NCBI GenBank assembly: GCA_903858755.1
Contig: CAIOKC010000029.1
Location: 1,059-65,058, forward strand
DNA: 64,000 nucleotides
Direction of reading: 5' to 3'
From: an uncultured bacterium
Lineage (GTDB): Bacteria > Patescibacteriota > Minisyncoccia > Phycocordibacterales > UBA2100
The notes under the pieces were generated by a model, which saw nothing but the letters and a program-made list of their open reading frames with translations, was not told the DNA's origin and ran no database searches. Within the stretch, counting starts at the first letter, position 1. Each line of letters starts with the position of its first letter. The translations under genes and the position numbers were made by a program. Below are positions 28,546 to 38,414 of this stretch, one piece after another.

Positions 28546-29802
28546 ATGAGGCGTGTCGCAGTGACGGCAGACGACTACGGACTCACTCGCGCAGTTACTG
28601 ATACGGTCTTGGAGGCGGTCGATTGTGGTGCGCTCACGCGCGTAAGTATTCTTGCGAATGGCTTTGTATTCGACTATGCAGTCGCGGAGTATATGAAACG
28701 TCAGGATAGGCTTGAGATTGGAGTGCACGTAAACCTTACTGAGGGGCGTCCGCTGACTCGCGCTCCATTACTCACGGACGCGAATGGCTTCTTTCGTTAT
28801 ACGCCGCAAGGTTTGCTTGCCGTCTACTTCTTTTCTTTTCCCGCCGCAAGAGCGGCAATCTATGCAGCGATACAGGCAGAGGTCGAGGCTCAGGTAGAGA
28901 AGGTGCAGACTGCGCTCGGCGGTCATGCGATTGCTGTCGATGGTCATCAGCATATCCACGTGATTCCCTTCGTCCTTGACGTTCTCCTAGACATGCATGC
29001 GCGCTCGCGCTTCGCGCACATCAGAATCCCTTATGAGCATTTTGCTCTTGTGTTTGGGAGGATCGGCGCGTATTTCGGTAAGGGAATGTTTCGTTTTCTC
29101 GCACTCAACGCATTGTCGCACCGTGCGAAAGAGCGCGTGCGTGCGGTAGGTATTCCTCATAACGATTCTTTCATCGGCACGCTTTTCAGTGGGAGGCTCT
29201 CGGTCGACGTTGTCGCTGAAGCGCTCGCGCTCTCGAGAGGGGTCGTCGAGATCGGGACGCATCCCGGCTCAGCAGACCGGCAAGAGCTCTCCGGCTGGAG
29301 CGGAGACGTCGCGTGGCACTATTCGCCGTGGCGGCAGTACGAACGCAACATGTTGGCATCCGCCGATTTCCGAGAAACGCTCGCCGCGTACGTGGCAGGT
29401 GGTCTCAGTCCGCGTACTGACGTACGACGTGTCGTTAAATTCGTTCTCTCAGGCACCGGCGCTGCTCTTGTGCATATCTCTATTCTATACATGCTGACCG
29501 AATACTTCGGACTCTGGTATATCGCCTCGGCGACCGTGGGGTGGATCATCGCGTTTTTTGTGAGTTTCGCGTTGCAGCGTTTCTGGACGTTTGGGGACCG
29601 CCCTTCGAGAGCTGGACACGTGTTGCAATACGGGCTACTTCAGGCGGGAAATATCGTTCTCAATGCTCTTGGTGTCGCAATTCTCACAGAGTACCTGAGT
29701 CTTTGGTATATTGCGTCTCAGGTCGTAGTGATTGGACTTGTCGCCGCATGGACGTACGCGGCATCATCACGCATTATTTTTGCACATGCCGCTGCGCGAT
29801 AG
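28546..29802 (+). CDS. YdjC/ChbG/HpnK-family deacetylase fused to a GtrA-like flippase
   Basis: TADDYG, GVHVNLTEG, DGHQHIH, THPG; C-terminal KFVLSG...SFALQRFWTF four-TM GtrA domain. Confidence 0.88.
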   Translation: MRRVAVTADDYGLTRAVTDTVLEAVDCGALTRVSILANGFVFDYAVAEYMKRQDRLEIGVHVNLTEGRPLTRAPLLTDANGFFRYTPQGLLAVYFFSFPAARAAIYAAIQAEVEAQVEKVQTALGGHAIAVDGHQHIHVIPFVLDVLLDMHARSRFAHIRIPYEHFALVFGRIGAYFGKGMFRFLALNALSHRAKERVRAVGIPHNDSFIGTLFSGRLSVDVVAEALALSRGVVEIGTHPGSADRQELSGWSGDVAWHYSPWRQYERNMLASADFRETLAAYVAGGLSPRTDVRRVVKFVLSGTGAALVHISILYMLTEYFGLWYIASATVGWIIAFFVSFALQRFWTFGDRPSRAGHVLQYGLLQAGNIVLNALGVAILTEYLSLWYIASQVVVIGLVAAWTYAASSRIIFAHAAAR

Positions 29803-29848
29803 TGTACTCGCGGCACGTTCGCCCACCTCATCGTATCGTACGAAAACC

Positions 29849-32041
29849 ATGAATATCCTTTATCTCGCAAATATCCGTTTCCCGACCGAGATGGCACACG
29901 GAGCGCAGATCGCAAAAGCATGCGAGGCGTTCGTGAAGAGCGGTCATACGGTCGAACTGGTCGTGCCAGAGCGTTTTACACCGATTATCGATGAGCCGCT
30001 TGCGTACTACGGCGTCCGTACGCCATTTCGCGTCACGAGGCTAAAAGTGCCCGATGTGGTACGGAAGTGGGGCCGTTTCGGCTTTGTTGCACAAATACTA
30101 CTCTTTGGCATCGCCGCCGCGCGTTATGCGAGGCATTTCAGGGCGGATATTGTATACGGTCGCGATGAGCATGTGCTTTGCATCTCACTTCTACTTGGAG
30201 TACGGAACGTCGTATGGGAATCTCATGATGGAGCATGGAACGCCTCGGCACGCTTCGTCGCGCGGCATGCTCGTAAGATGATAGTTGTTTCAGAAGGACA
30301 AAGGAGTGTGTACCTTGAACGTGGTATACCGGCGGAACGTATCATCGCCGTTCCGAATGGGGTGGATACGGAAGATTTCTCGCACGCTGAGTCGAAGAGT
30401 GAGGCACGAAATCGTCTCGGTCTCCCGCAGGATGTGTTTGTCGCGCTGTACGTCGGTGCGTTCCAAGGGTGGAAAGGTACGGACACCTTGTTTGAAGCGG
30501 CAGGACTTTTGCCGCAGGGAGCGAAAGTGGCCGCGATCGGCGGGCGTCCCAAGCAAATTCAGGAGATGAGAGGCAGGTATCCAAGCGTCCTTTTTCTGGG
30601 CGAGCGACCATATCGAGAACTGGCTGACAACCTTTCTGCGGCCGACATTTGCATTCTTCCCAACACGGGAAGAGATCCGGTCTCGGTGCGCTTCACTTCG
30701 CCGCTCAAACTTCTTGCATATATGGCTGCAGGCAAGCCAGTCGTCGCATCCGATTTGCCGAGCGTCCGGGAGCTTACGGGGGACGATGCGGCGCTTCTCG
30801 TCGCGCCGGACGATCCGAGTGCGCTTGCGGAAGGTATACAGCAGCTTGCTTCCGATGCGCCGCGCGCTGCGCGTTTGGCTACGCGTGCGCACGAGCGGGC
30901 ACTGTCGTTCGATTGGTCCATGCGAGCACGCCGTATCCTTACCCATATCGGGACATCTCAGGTCGTGCCGGTGCTTGCCATCTATCGGGGCAACATATCT
31001 GAAAATAGGGGAACCCCCATACGGGTACGAAGCATTCTTGAACGTCTCGCACGGGATCCCCGGTTCTCGCTCGTCGTTGCGTCGTGGGATGAGGCGCTGC
31101 CTTTTGCCAGCGAACATATAAAACTCTCGAATCACAAATTCTCGGATATGCGCGCACTTCTTAAGATAGTGCGAGAAAAGGACATATCCGTTGTCATGGG
31201 GCACACGATGGCGACGTGGTACTATCTGACGTTTCTCAAAATCTTCACGCGTGCGAAGATCGCGCTTGAAATGCATGGCTTTATTGAGGTCGAAGCGCGT
31301 TTCTATGGTTCTATAGGACCGATACGGTACTGGATAGAGAGGATCGTGTACAGGTGTTTTTATCCTCTGTGCGCTCTTATCACCACATGTAGTGAGAATG
31401 CGGCAGAAATCCTGAGCAGATGTAATGCACGCGTCGTACCAGTATACGGCGGAGTCGACACGGATCTTTTTAGTCCCGATGTCGCACCGGGAGACTTCTT
31501 CGCGCGTAGCTCCGAGGACGTAATTATCGGATATGCGGGGAATATGCGCAGATGGCAAGGAGTGCCGTTCCTTGTAGAGGCATTCGCACAGTTACGCACG
31601 AGCGATGCTTCCTTCAGACTCGTCATGCTCTCGAGCGAGGAGAAAGGATTGCCGACAGGAGATGGTATTGAAGTAGTCGGCGGAGTTTCGCACGAGAAAG
31701 TTCCGTCGTTTCTTTCGGCATGCGACATCCTTGTCGTGCCGCGAATGGTCGATGCGGTGAGTAGTATTTCTTTTCCCTCGAAGCTGCCGGAGTATATGGC
31801 GATGGGAAAGCCAGTCGTCGCGAGTGCGACCTCAGATGCCCATCGCGTCATCACGAGCGGAGTCGACGGATTCACGTTTCCTCCAAGCGATGCGTCGACG
31901 TTCATCTCTATCCTCAGGAGTCTCAAAGATCCTGCACTCCGTGAGCGTATCGGAGAAGCCGCTCGTGAGACAGCTGTGTCCCGCTTTTCATGGGACCGAC
32001 AGGCTGGTATAGTTGCGGAACGATTATTGCTAATTACATAG
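29849..32041 (+). CDS. Tandem double GT4 glycosyltransferase
   Basis: Two GT4 units: SPLKLLAYMAAGKPVV and FPSKLPEYMAMGKPVV. Confidence 0.88.
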   Translation: MNILYLANIRFPTEMAHGAQIAKACEAFVKSGHTVELVVPERFTPIIDEPLAYYGVRTPFRVTRLKVPDVVRKWGRFGFVAQILLFGIAAARYARHFRADIVYGRDEHVLCISLLLGVRNVVWESHDGAWNASARFVARHARKMIVVSEGQRSVYLERGIPAERIIAVPNGVDTEDFSHAESKSEARNRLGLPQDVFVALYVGAFQGWKGTDTLFEAAGLLPQGAKVAAIGGRPKQIQEMRGRYPSVLFLGERPYRELADNLSAADICILPNTGRDPVSVRFTSPLKLLAYMAAGKPVVASDLPSVRELTGDDAALLVAPDDPSALAEGIQQLASDAPRAARLATRAHERALSFDWSMRARRILTHIGTSQVVPVLAIYRGNISENRGTPIRVRSILERLARDPRFSLVVASWDEALPFASEHIKLSNHKFSDMRALLKIVREKDISVVMGHTMATWYYLTFLKIFTRAKIALEMHGFIEVEARFYGSIGPIRYWIERIVYRCFYPLCALITTCSENAAEILSRCNARVVPVYGGVDTDLFSPDVAPGDFFARSSEDVIIGYAGNMRRWQGVPFLVEAFAQLRTSDASFRLVMLSSEEKGLPTGDGIEVVGGVSHEKVPSFLSACDILVVPRMVDAVSSISFPSKLPEYMAMGKPVVASATSDAHRVITSGVDGFTFPPSDASTFISILRSLKDPALRERIGEAARETAVSRFSWDRQAGIVAERLLLIT

Positions 32042-32045
32042 TCTC

Positions 32046-32636
32046 ATGTCGAAAGAGGATTGGGCGGAAAATACTGTACAAAAGATATTCCAACGAGCCA
32101 ACCTGTGGCCATGGAAGGACGATGAGATAGAGACGATCCTCGACGCGGCGTGCGGGCTTTCGCTCAAATCGAAGTTCATTCCTGCCAAGATCCGCGTTGG
32201 CATCGACATCTATCCCGAATATTTCAAGCATATTGAAGCTACTGTGCCGTACGTGGTGATGAAGGGGGATATTCGCAAGCTTCGCGAATACTTTGAACCG
32301 AAGTCGTTTGACCTCGTCTTGGTGCTCGATGTCGTGGAGCATTTGGTAAAGGAAGAATCTCTCGACATGCTAAGACAGGCGGAGGAGATCGCAAAGAAAG
32401 CAGTGATCATAGAGACGCCGCGCGGGTTTCTACCGACCAATATGGATATTCTCGGTCACGGCGGTCATGACGTGCAAACCCATCGATCTGGCTGGGAACC
32501 TGAGGAATTCGAGGAGCTCGGCTACAAGACGGTCGTCCGCGATTACACGCTCACGAATGTGCAGCGCCACACAGAGATCACCGATATCGATCCTCACATT
32601 CAGATGATAGATGCCATTAAGATCCTCGACCGGTAG
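32046..32636 (+). CDS. Class I SAM-dependent methyltransferase
   Basis: ILDAACG, GIDI, FDLVLVLDVVEHL. Confidence 0.85.
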   Translation: MSKEDWAENTVQKIFQRANLWPWKDDEIETILDAACGLSLKSKFIPAKIRVGIDIYPEYFKHIEATVPYVVMKGDIRKLREYFEPKSFDLVLVLDVVEHLVKEESLDMLRQAEEIAKKAVIIETPRGFLPTNMDILGHGGHDVQTHRSGWEPEEFEELGYKTVVRDYTLTNVQRHTEITDIDPHIQMIDAIKILDR

Positions 32637-32639
32637 CGT

Positions 32640-33647
32640 ATACGCGTCTTGGTAACAGGTGGCACAGGATCATTCGGATATACCGCCGTAAGTCGTTTCC
32701 TTGCCCGCGATGACGTGAGCGAGATTCTCGTGTTCAGTAGAGATGAGAAGAAGCAACACGACATGCGTCATGAATTCCGCGACCACAAGAAGATCACTTT
32801 CGTAGTAGGAGATGTGCGTGATCGGGATGCTTTGTGGCACGTGATGCGTGGCACCGACGTGGTTTTTCACGCAGCCGCACTCAAGCAAGTACCTACGGGA
32901 GAGTTCTTCCCCTGGGAAATGGTGAAAACAAACGTTCTCGGTTCGCATAACGTCGCTGACGTCGCCGAGCAGTCTGGAGTAAAAAAAGTCGTCTTCCTCT
33001 CAACCGACAAGGCGGTGCATCCGGTGAACGCCATGGGGATGTCGAAAGCACTCGCAGAGAAGACAATGACCGCGTTTTCCCGTATTGCACGCTCGACGAC
33101 TTTCTGTGCCGTTCGGTACGGCAACGTGGCGGCCTCCCGCGGATCTGTTATACCGCTTTTTGTTGAACGGATAAAAGCGGGTGCATCACTCCCAATCACC
33201 GTGCCGTCCATGACCCGTTTTTTGCTCTCGCTTGATGACGCAGTGAATCTTGTCGAACTTGCAGTGGACAAGGGGGAGCAAGGCAACATTTTTATCAAGA
33301 AATCACCCGCTGCGACTATCCAGGATCTCGTTGCGGCACTCCAGGAAGTGTTTGGCACTTCGCTCCCGACGGAGATCATTGGCATACGGGAGGGTGAAAA
33401 AATACATGAGATACTGGCGCACGATCTCGAATTGATGAGTGCAGAAGATCTCGGCGATTTCTTCCGCATCAAGACACACAAAGATTTCGACTATCGTAGC
33501 TACTATGAGGAAGGTGAAGATAAAAGACCGCTGACACAGCACTATTCCTCAAATACAACGAAGCGCCTCACGGTCGCGGAGACGAAAGATTTCCTTCTCT
33601 CCTTGCCGTATGTCCAGCAAGAGCTCGCGGCATTCAAACGCTCATGA
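32640..33647 (+). CDS. fnlA: UDP-GlcNAc 4,6-dehydratase/5-epimerase (FnlA/CapE/WbjB)
   Basis: VTGGTGSFG, SRDEKKQ, FHAAALKQVP, STDKAV, RYGNV, SRGSVIP; start ambiguous (ATA 32640 or TTG 32649). Confidence 0.88.
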   Translation: MRVLVTGGTGSFGYTAVSRFLARDDVSEILVFSRDEKKQHDMRHEFRDHKKITFVVGDVRDRDALWHVMRGTDVVFHAAALKQVPTGEFFPWEMVKTNVLGSHNVADVAEQSGVKKVVFLSTDKAVHPVNAMGMSKALAEKTMTAFSRIARSTTFCAVRYGNVAASRGSVIPLFVERIKAGASLPITVPSMTRFLLSLDDAVNLVELAVDKGEQGNIFIKKSPAATIQDLVAALQEVFGTSLPTEIIGIREGEKIHEILAHDLELMSAEDLGDFFRIKTHKDFDYRSYYEEGEDKRPLTQHYSSNTTKRLTVAETKDFLLSLPYVQQELAAFKRS

Positions 33648-34762
33648 TGAAGGTCGGTATCACCGGCTTGACTGGTTTCTTTGGTCAGCATCTGCGCTGG
33701 TGTTTGCACTCGATGAGAGAAGATTTTGAGATAATCGAGATCACGCGACCATTTTTCAACGAACGCGTCTCGGAATTGCCGGGCATTATGCGTAGATGCG
33801 ATGCTTTGATACATTGTGCGGGCGCGCATCCTGGGAACACAAAAGATATCGAGACCATCTATCCGACCAATATGGCGCTTGCCACGACCCTGACGCGCGC
33901 GTGCGAAGAAGCGGGAGTCGCACCTTATATACTGTTTGCTTCTTCTACGCAGCGAACACGTGCCAATCCATATGGCGCATCAAAGCGTGACGCCGGTGCG
34001 CACTTTTTGTCGTGGGCAGCGTCTCATCACGGTGCAGCGGCGAATTTGGTCATCCCAAATGAGTTTGGAGAGGGAGGGAAGCCTTTCCGCTCATCCGTTG
34101 TGTCGACCTTCGCGCACCAGATTGTCCGCGGAGACACCTCGGAAGTGAATGAAAATGGCGTCCTGACACTTGTGTACGCGCAGGATGTTGCGCATATGAT
34201 GACAGGACTCTTGCGGTCCCGTGAGACTGGGGACATCATCGTCCCGGGATCCGACATGCGAGTTGGTGATGTATATGCACTCTTGCGCAGTATGCATGAG
34301 TCGTATGTGGGCAACGTGATTCCTTCGCTGCCGAGCGTTCTCGATGTGCGTCTTTTCAATACACTTCGGTTCCACTTATACGAAGCAGGCTTCTACCCGC
34401 GTACTCTCGATGTCCGCTCTGACGAGCGAGGCTCCCTCTTTGAAGTCGTCAGGGAAAAGACGGGTGGGCAGACATTCGTCTCGACAACAAAACCAGGCAC
34501 AGTTCGAGGAAATCATTACCACGCCCGCAAGATTGAGCGCTTTTGTGTGGTAGAAGGCGAGGCAACCATCCGACTACGGAAACTACTCTCGGAGGAGATC
34601 CAGGAATATCGCGTTTCAGGCTCAGCGCCCGCCGTCATTGATATGCCGACCTTTGTCGTGCACAATATAACGAATACCGGGACAACTGATCTTATAACCC
34701 TTTTTTGGACACATGAGATCTTCGACCCGCAGGATCCGGATACATTCCAAGAAAACGTATGA
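33644..34762 (+). CDS. fnlB: SDR plus cupin reductase/epimerase (FnlB/CapF/WbjC)
   Basis: TGLTGFFG, YGASK, NEFGE, DERG, RGNHYH cupin motif. Confidence 0.88.
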   Translation: MMKVGITGLTGFFGQHLRWCLHSMREDFEIIEITRPFFNERVSELPGIMRRCDALIHCAGAHPGNTKDIETIYPTNMALATTLTRACEEAGVAPYILFASSTQRTRANPYGASKRDAGAHFLSWAASHHGAAANLVIPNEFGEGGKPFRSSVVSTFAHQIVRGDTSEVNENGVLTLVYAQDVAHMMTGLLRSRETGDIIVPGSDMRVGDVYALLRSMHESYVGNVIPSLPSVLDVRLFNTLRFHLYEAGFYPRTLDVRSDERGSLFEVVREKTGGQTFVSTTKPGTVRGNHYHARKIERFCVVEGEATIRLRKLLSEEIQEYRVSGSAPAVIDMPTFVVHNITNTGTTDLITLFWTHEIFDPQDPDTFQENV

Positions 34763-35907
34763 ATAAACAGCATGTGCAAAGACCAAGGGTTATGACAGTG
34801 ATCGGCACGCGCCCCGAAATCATTAAGCTCTCAGTAGTGATAAAAGAGCTGGACCGAAGTACTGACCATATACTTGTACATACCGGTCAAAATTACGATT
34901 ATGAGCTAAACGAGATCTTTTTCAGAGACCTAAAGCTCAGGAAGCCGGATCATTTTCTAGAAGCTGCCGGAAGCAATGCCGCGGAGACGGTCGGCAATGT
35001 CATCACAAAGATCGACGCACTGCTCGAAAAAGAACGACCCGATGCATTCCTGATTCTCGGAGACACCAACAGCTGTATGGGAGCATACGCCGCAAAACGA
35101 AGGAAAATCCCCATTTTCCACATGGAAGCGGGGAATCGATGCTTCGATTTCCGTGTCCCTGAAGAGGTGAATCGTCGTCTGATTGACCACATGAGTGACG
35201 TCAATCTGGTCTACAGCGAGGCAGCAAGACATAATCTGCTGCGCGAGGGGCTACCGATGGATAGAGTCATTAAAACTGGTTCACCGACATACGAGGTACT
35301 CATGTCTCATCAGAAGGATATCGACGCTTCGCCGGTGCTTCGAGATCTCGGACTCGATCGAGAAGGATATTTTGTATTATCAGCGCACCGAGAGGAGAAT
35401 ATCGGTATTGGAAAGAATCTTGAGAGACTCATTTCGATCATACGATCGCTCGCGGAGACATACAAGAAACCGATTATTTTTTCGGTTCATCCGCGTACAA
35501 AGAAGCGTATCGAAGAAGACGGAGTCCTCCTTCCTGAGGAAGTGCGCGCGATGAAGCCATTGGGGTTTTTCGATTACGTGCAGCTACAGATGCACGCGAT
35601 TTGTACTCTCTCCGATAGTGGGACGATCAGCGAGGAATCTTCCATGTTGAATTTCCCCGCAGTGAATTTGCGCGAGACCCATGAACGCCATGAAGCAATG
35701 GATGAAGCTTCTGTCGTGATGACAGGACTGCATCCTGAGCGGGTTATGCAAGCGATTGATGTCGTGCGGCACCAGAAGCGAGGTGCTGATCGCGAGTTCT
35801 CTGTGCCGGTCGACTATCACGTGCCCAACGTCTCTAAAAAGATTGTTCGTATCATCGTGAGTTATATTGACTACGTCCAGCGTGTCGTTTGGTCGGAAGT
35901 GCGGTAA
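34759..35907 (+). CDS. fnlC: Non-hydrolysing UDP-N-acetylhexosamine 2-epimerase (FnlC/CapG/WbjD)
   Basis: GTRPEIIK, HTGQNYD, GDTNS, HMEAGNR, PEEVNR, SDSGT. Confidence 0.9.
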   Translation: MNKQHVQRPRVMTVIGTRPEIIKLSVVIKELDRSTDHILVHTGQNYDYELNEIFFRDLKLRKPDHFLEAAGSNAAETVGNVITKIDALLEKERPDAFLILGDTNSCMGAYAAKRRKIPIFHMEAGNRCFDFRVPEEVNRRLIDHMSDVNLVYSEAARHNLLREGLPMDRVIKTGSPTYEVLMSHQKDIDASPVLRDLGLDREGYFVLSAHREENIGIGKNLERLISIIRSLAETYKKPIIFSVHPRTKKRIEEDGVLLPEEVRAMKPLGFFDYVQLQMHAICTLSDSGTISEESSMLNFPAVNLRETHERHEAMDEASVVMTGLHPERVMQAIDVVRHQKRGADREFSVPVDYHVPNVSKKIVRIIVSYIDYVQRVVWSEVR

Positions 35908-37060
35908 GGAGTTGCGCTATGCGCAGCGCGTTTTTCGAGGCGTCATGGAAGCGGCTGAACGTTGCAAGAGAATTTCTCACGAGCTTTTCACTATACGCAG
36001 AGTCGGCAATGACGCGTCGTATTTCGTCGCGGAGCTTCGCCGGGTCATAGCTTGTGACGACATGTGCGAATCCTTCGCGTTTTGCATACTGAGCCATGAA
36101 CGATTGTTCGGGTGCCTGTAGGACTATCGGTCGCCCTGCGAGGAGATATTCAGGCAATTTGCCGGGTACGGCAGTCAGTGTCACCACGGGACTTTCCCCA
36201 GGTCGCGCGAGTGGAATGAAAAGGATGTCGGCTTTTGTCTGAATGCGCGCCATCTCTTGAGGGGGGGCGCTTGCTAGCCGCACACTCTTGTTTGCGGCGA
36301 GCTTCTTCGCAAGTATCTCCGGTACGTGCCGCGGTACGTAGAGATCAGCCACGAGATCCGAAGTGTTGTGCACCGCTTGCGCTAGGCACAGCATGCTCTC
36401 TTCCTGAGCCCAATACACACTTCCGGTCGCAACGATGTGGTGGGGAGGGGCGTGCGGGGTTCTTCGTGTGCGCAGAGACTCGTATGGTTCTTGGAAGGAG
36501 CCGTTGTTTATGCAAAAGAATTTTTCTTTCATCCACGGGTATCGTCGGCAGTATTCTGTGTGGATTGCTTCGTTCGGGAAGATTGCAATGCTCGCATGTA
36601 TGAGGACTGCAGGTTCGATCAGCCATGAAAGAAGGTTCCACGCTGAGGGTAAGTGATTGCCCCGGTACATATCGAAGAAATGGAGCACAAGCGGTGTACG
36701 GGACATAATCGACAGGAGGCATCCGAGTGTGAGTCCTCCGCCAGTATCGCTGGTCGTGTATATAATCTCGGATTGCTCGTCTTGTACGAGGCGAAGACCG
36801 TATGCAACCGTGCGGACGCTGCTGACTGCTGCCGAAAGGACGCGCATCGAAGCGCTACTTCTTGGAAAGAAGCGATACGCGCAGGGAAGGACCGGTCCAG
36901 GCTCTGAGACTCTCATGACGCCCTCTCTGGTGTAGATTGCGTACATCCGCGCGTCAAACTGAGAGAAGAAATTGTAGAGGTGCTGTGCACTCCCGCCAGG
37001 GCGTGGCGGTGCCCAGGAAGAAACAATCAGGACTTTCTTACCGAGTGTCAGATGCGGCAT
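35852..37060 (-). CDS. Glycosyltransferase (GT-B/GT4-like)
   Basis: WAPPRPGGS, PGKLPEYLLAGRPI. Confidence 0.82.
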   Translation of the reverse strand: MPHLTLGKKVLIVSSWAPPRPGGSAQHLYNFFSQFDARMYAIYTREGVMRVSEPGPVLPCAYRFFPRSSASMRVLSAAVSSVRTVAYGLRLVQDEQSEIIYTTSDTGGGLTLGCLLSIMSRTPLVLHFFDMYRGNHLPSAWNLLSWLIEPAVLIHASIAIFPNEAIHTEYCRRYPWMKEKFFCINNGSFQEPYESLRTRRTPHAPPHHIVATGSVYWAQEESMLCLAQAVHNTSDLVADLYVPRHVPEILAKKLAANKSVRLASAPPQEMARIQTKADILFIPLARPGESPVVTLTAVPGKLPEYLLAGRPIVLQAPEQSFMAQYAKREGFAHVVTSYDPAKLRDEIRRVIADSAYSEKLVRNSLATFSRFHDASKNALRIAQLLTALPTKRHAGRSQYNSR

Positions 37061-38345
37061 GTTCGAGAGAAGTATTTTTCCGGTGCAAGAGGTACCATTG
37101 GATAAGGCTGATGACAAAAGCTGAGAGATTCTCGATCGCTTTGCTCACGATGACCCCCCAGATTCCGATTACGGGAAGCAGTGCGATGAGCGCTCCGATA
37201 TGCAGCGCGTCAGGTACGACCGCCCAATACAACCACCCGGGTGGAATAGCGTGGAGTTTTGCTTGCAATGCGGTCGCCAGAAGCGAGGAGGGGAGGGTTA
37301 TGACAATAAGTGCGGCGAGCATTTGAGAGTAGTGTACCGAAGCGAGGTACTGTGGGAAGATGAAAGCATACAAAGCGGGGGATGCGACTGCGTAAACCAG
37401 TGTTATTGCGATGCCTAGAGCGGCAAGGAATGCCATGCGCCTGATAAGCATTCGATCAATCTCAATAAAGGATCGTTGTGCCATCTTCGGAAGTGCGAGC
37501 GTGGGAAGATTCTTTGAGAACAACGCGCGCATTTGTTCTGTCGGTGCGAGCGCAAAAGAGTAGATTGCGACCTGGATCGGACCAAGAAAATGAAATAGCA
37601 GAACGGTGTCTATGTAAGAGACTATTTGTCCAACGACTCCTATTACACTGAGATGCGCGCCGTATCCGATTGCGCTCGTGTCAAGCTCCGCATTAGGGGG
37701 GAATGTGCGCAAGGTCTTGCGCAAGAAATACAGGCGCAGGAGAGTTGGCGGGACAAAATACGCTAGCAGCAGAATCACCACATTAGTTGTGAGGAACATT
37801 GTCGCGATCAGGGAAAGTGCCGACCCGAGCTGTACGGCAACGAAGAAACGAATGGCCTGTCCAAATCGCCGCGTACTCTGCAGGTATGTGTTGTAGAGCC
37901 CGAGTGTCTCAACGAATGGGATGAACACTGCCGCGATTGCAAGCGCGGAAGCGAGTTGCATGTTGTCATTCCACGCGTAGTACGATGCGCCGGCAAGAGC
38001 ACCGACACTGCCGAGGATGCCCCAGAGGAGCCGTGCTCGAATTGCTGCGACGAATGTGCCTTCTGCGCCGCGGGCGATTGCCTGCGCCACATAGGTATTT
38101 ACCCCCGGGAGCGTTGTAATGCTGAGAATACCAACAATCGCGAGTGCAAATTTGTATGTGCCATAAACGTCTTTTGGCACCAGGTGTGAGAAAGCGACAG
38201 CGACCGCGAACACAGCAATTGTCGAGATTAACTGACCAAACGTGAGCCATGATCCTCCTTGCGCGAGGTACACCATGTCCGTTTTTGTATACTTCTCGCT
38301 CCGTCGCAGAGCCGAGACAGCGCGTTCCTTCAGTGACCTGAGCAT
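37038..38345 (-). CDS. Wzx-like oligosaccharide flippase
   Basis: KTDMVYL, YGTYKF, VAIYSFA; many TM helices; start 38345 or 38354. Confidence 0.85.
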   Translation of the reverse strand: MLRSLKERAVSALRRSEKYTKTDMVYLAQGGSWLTFGQLISTIAVFAVAVAFSHLVPKDVYGTYKFALAIVGILSITTLPGVNTYVAQAIARGAEGTFVAAIRARLLWGILGSVGALAGASYYAWNDNMQLASALAIAAVFIPFVETLGLYNTYLQSTRRFGQAIRFFVAVQLGSALSLIATMFLTTNVVILLLAYFVPPTLLRLYFLRKTLRTFPPNAELDTSAIGYGAHLSVIGVVGQIVSYIDTVLLFHFLGPIQVAIYSFALAPTEQMRALFSKNLPTLALPKMAQRSFIEIDRMLIRRMAFLAALGIAITLVYAVASPALYAFIFPQYLASVHYSQMLAALIVITLPSSLLATALQAKLHAIPPGWLYWAVVPDALHIGALIALLPVIGIWGVIVSKAIENLSAFVISLIQWYLLHRKNTSLEHAASDTR

Positions 38346-38414
38346 TGGATACATAGTAGCCGCTCGATCTTTTAAGCGCTAGCACACCGATCTCGGTGTG
38401 GTAGCATACGCCCC

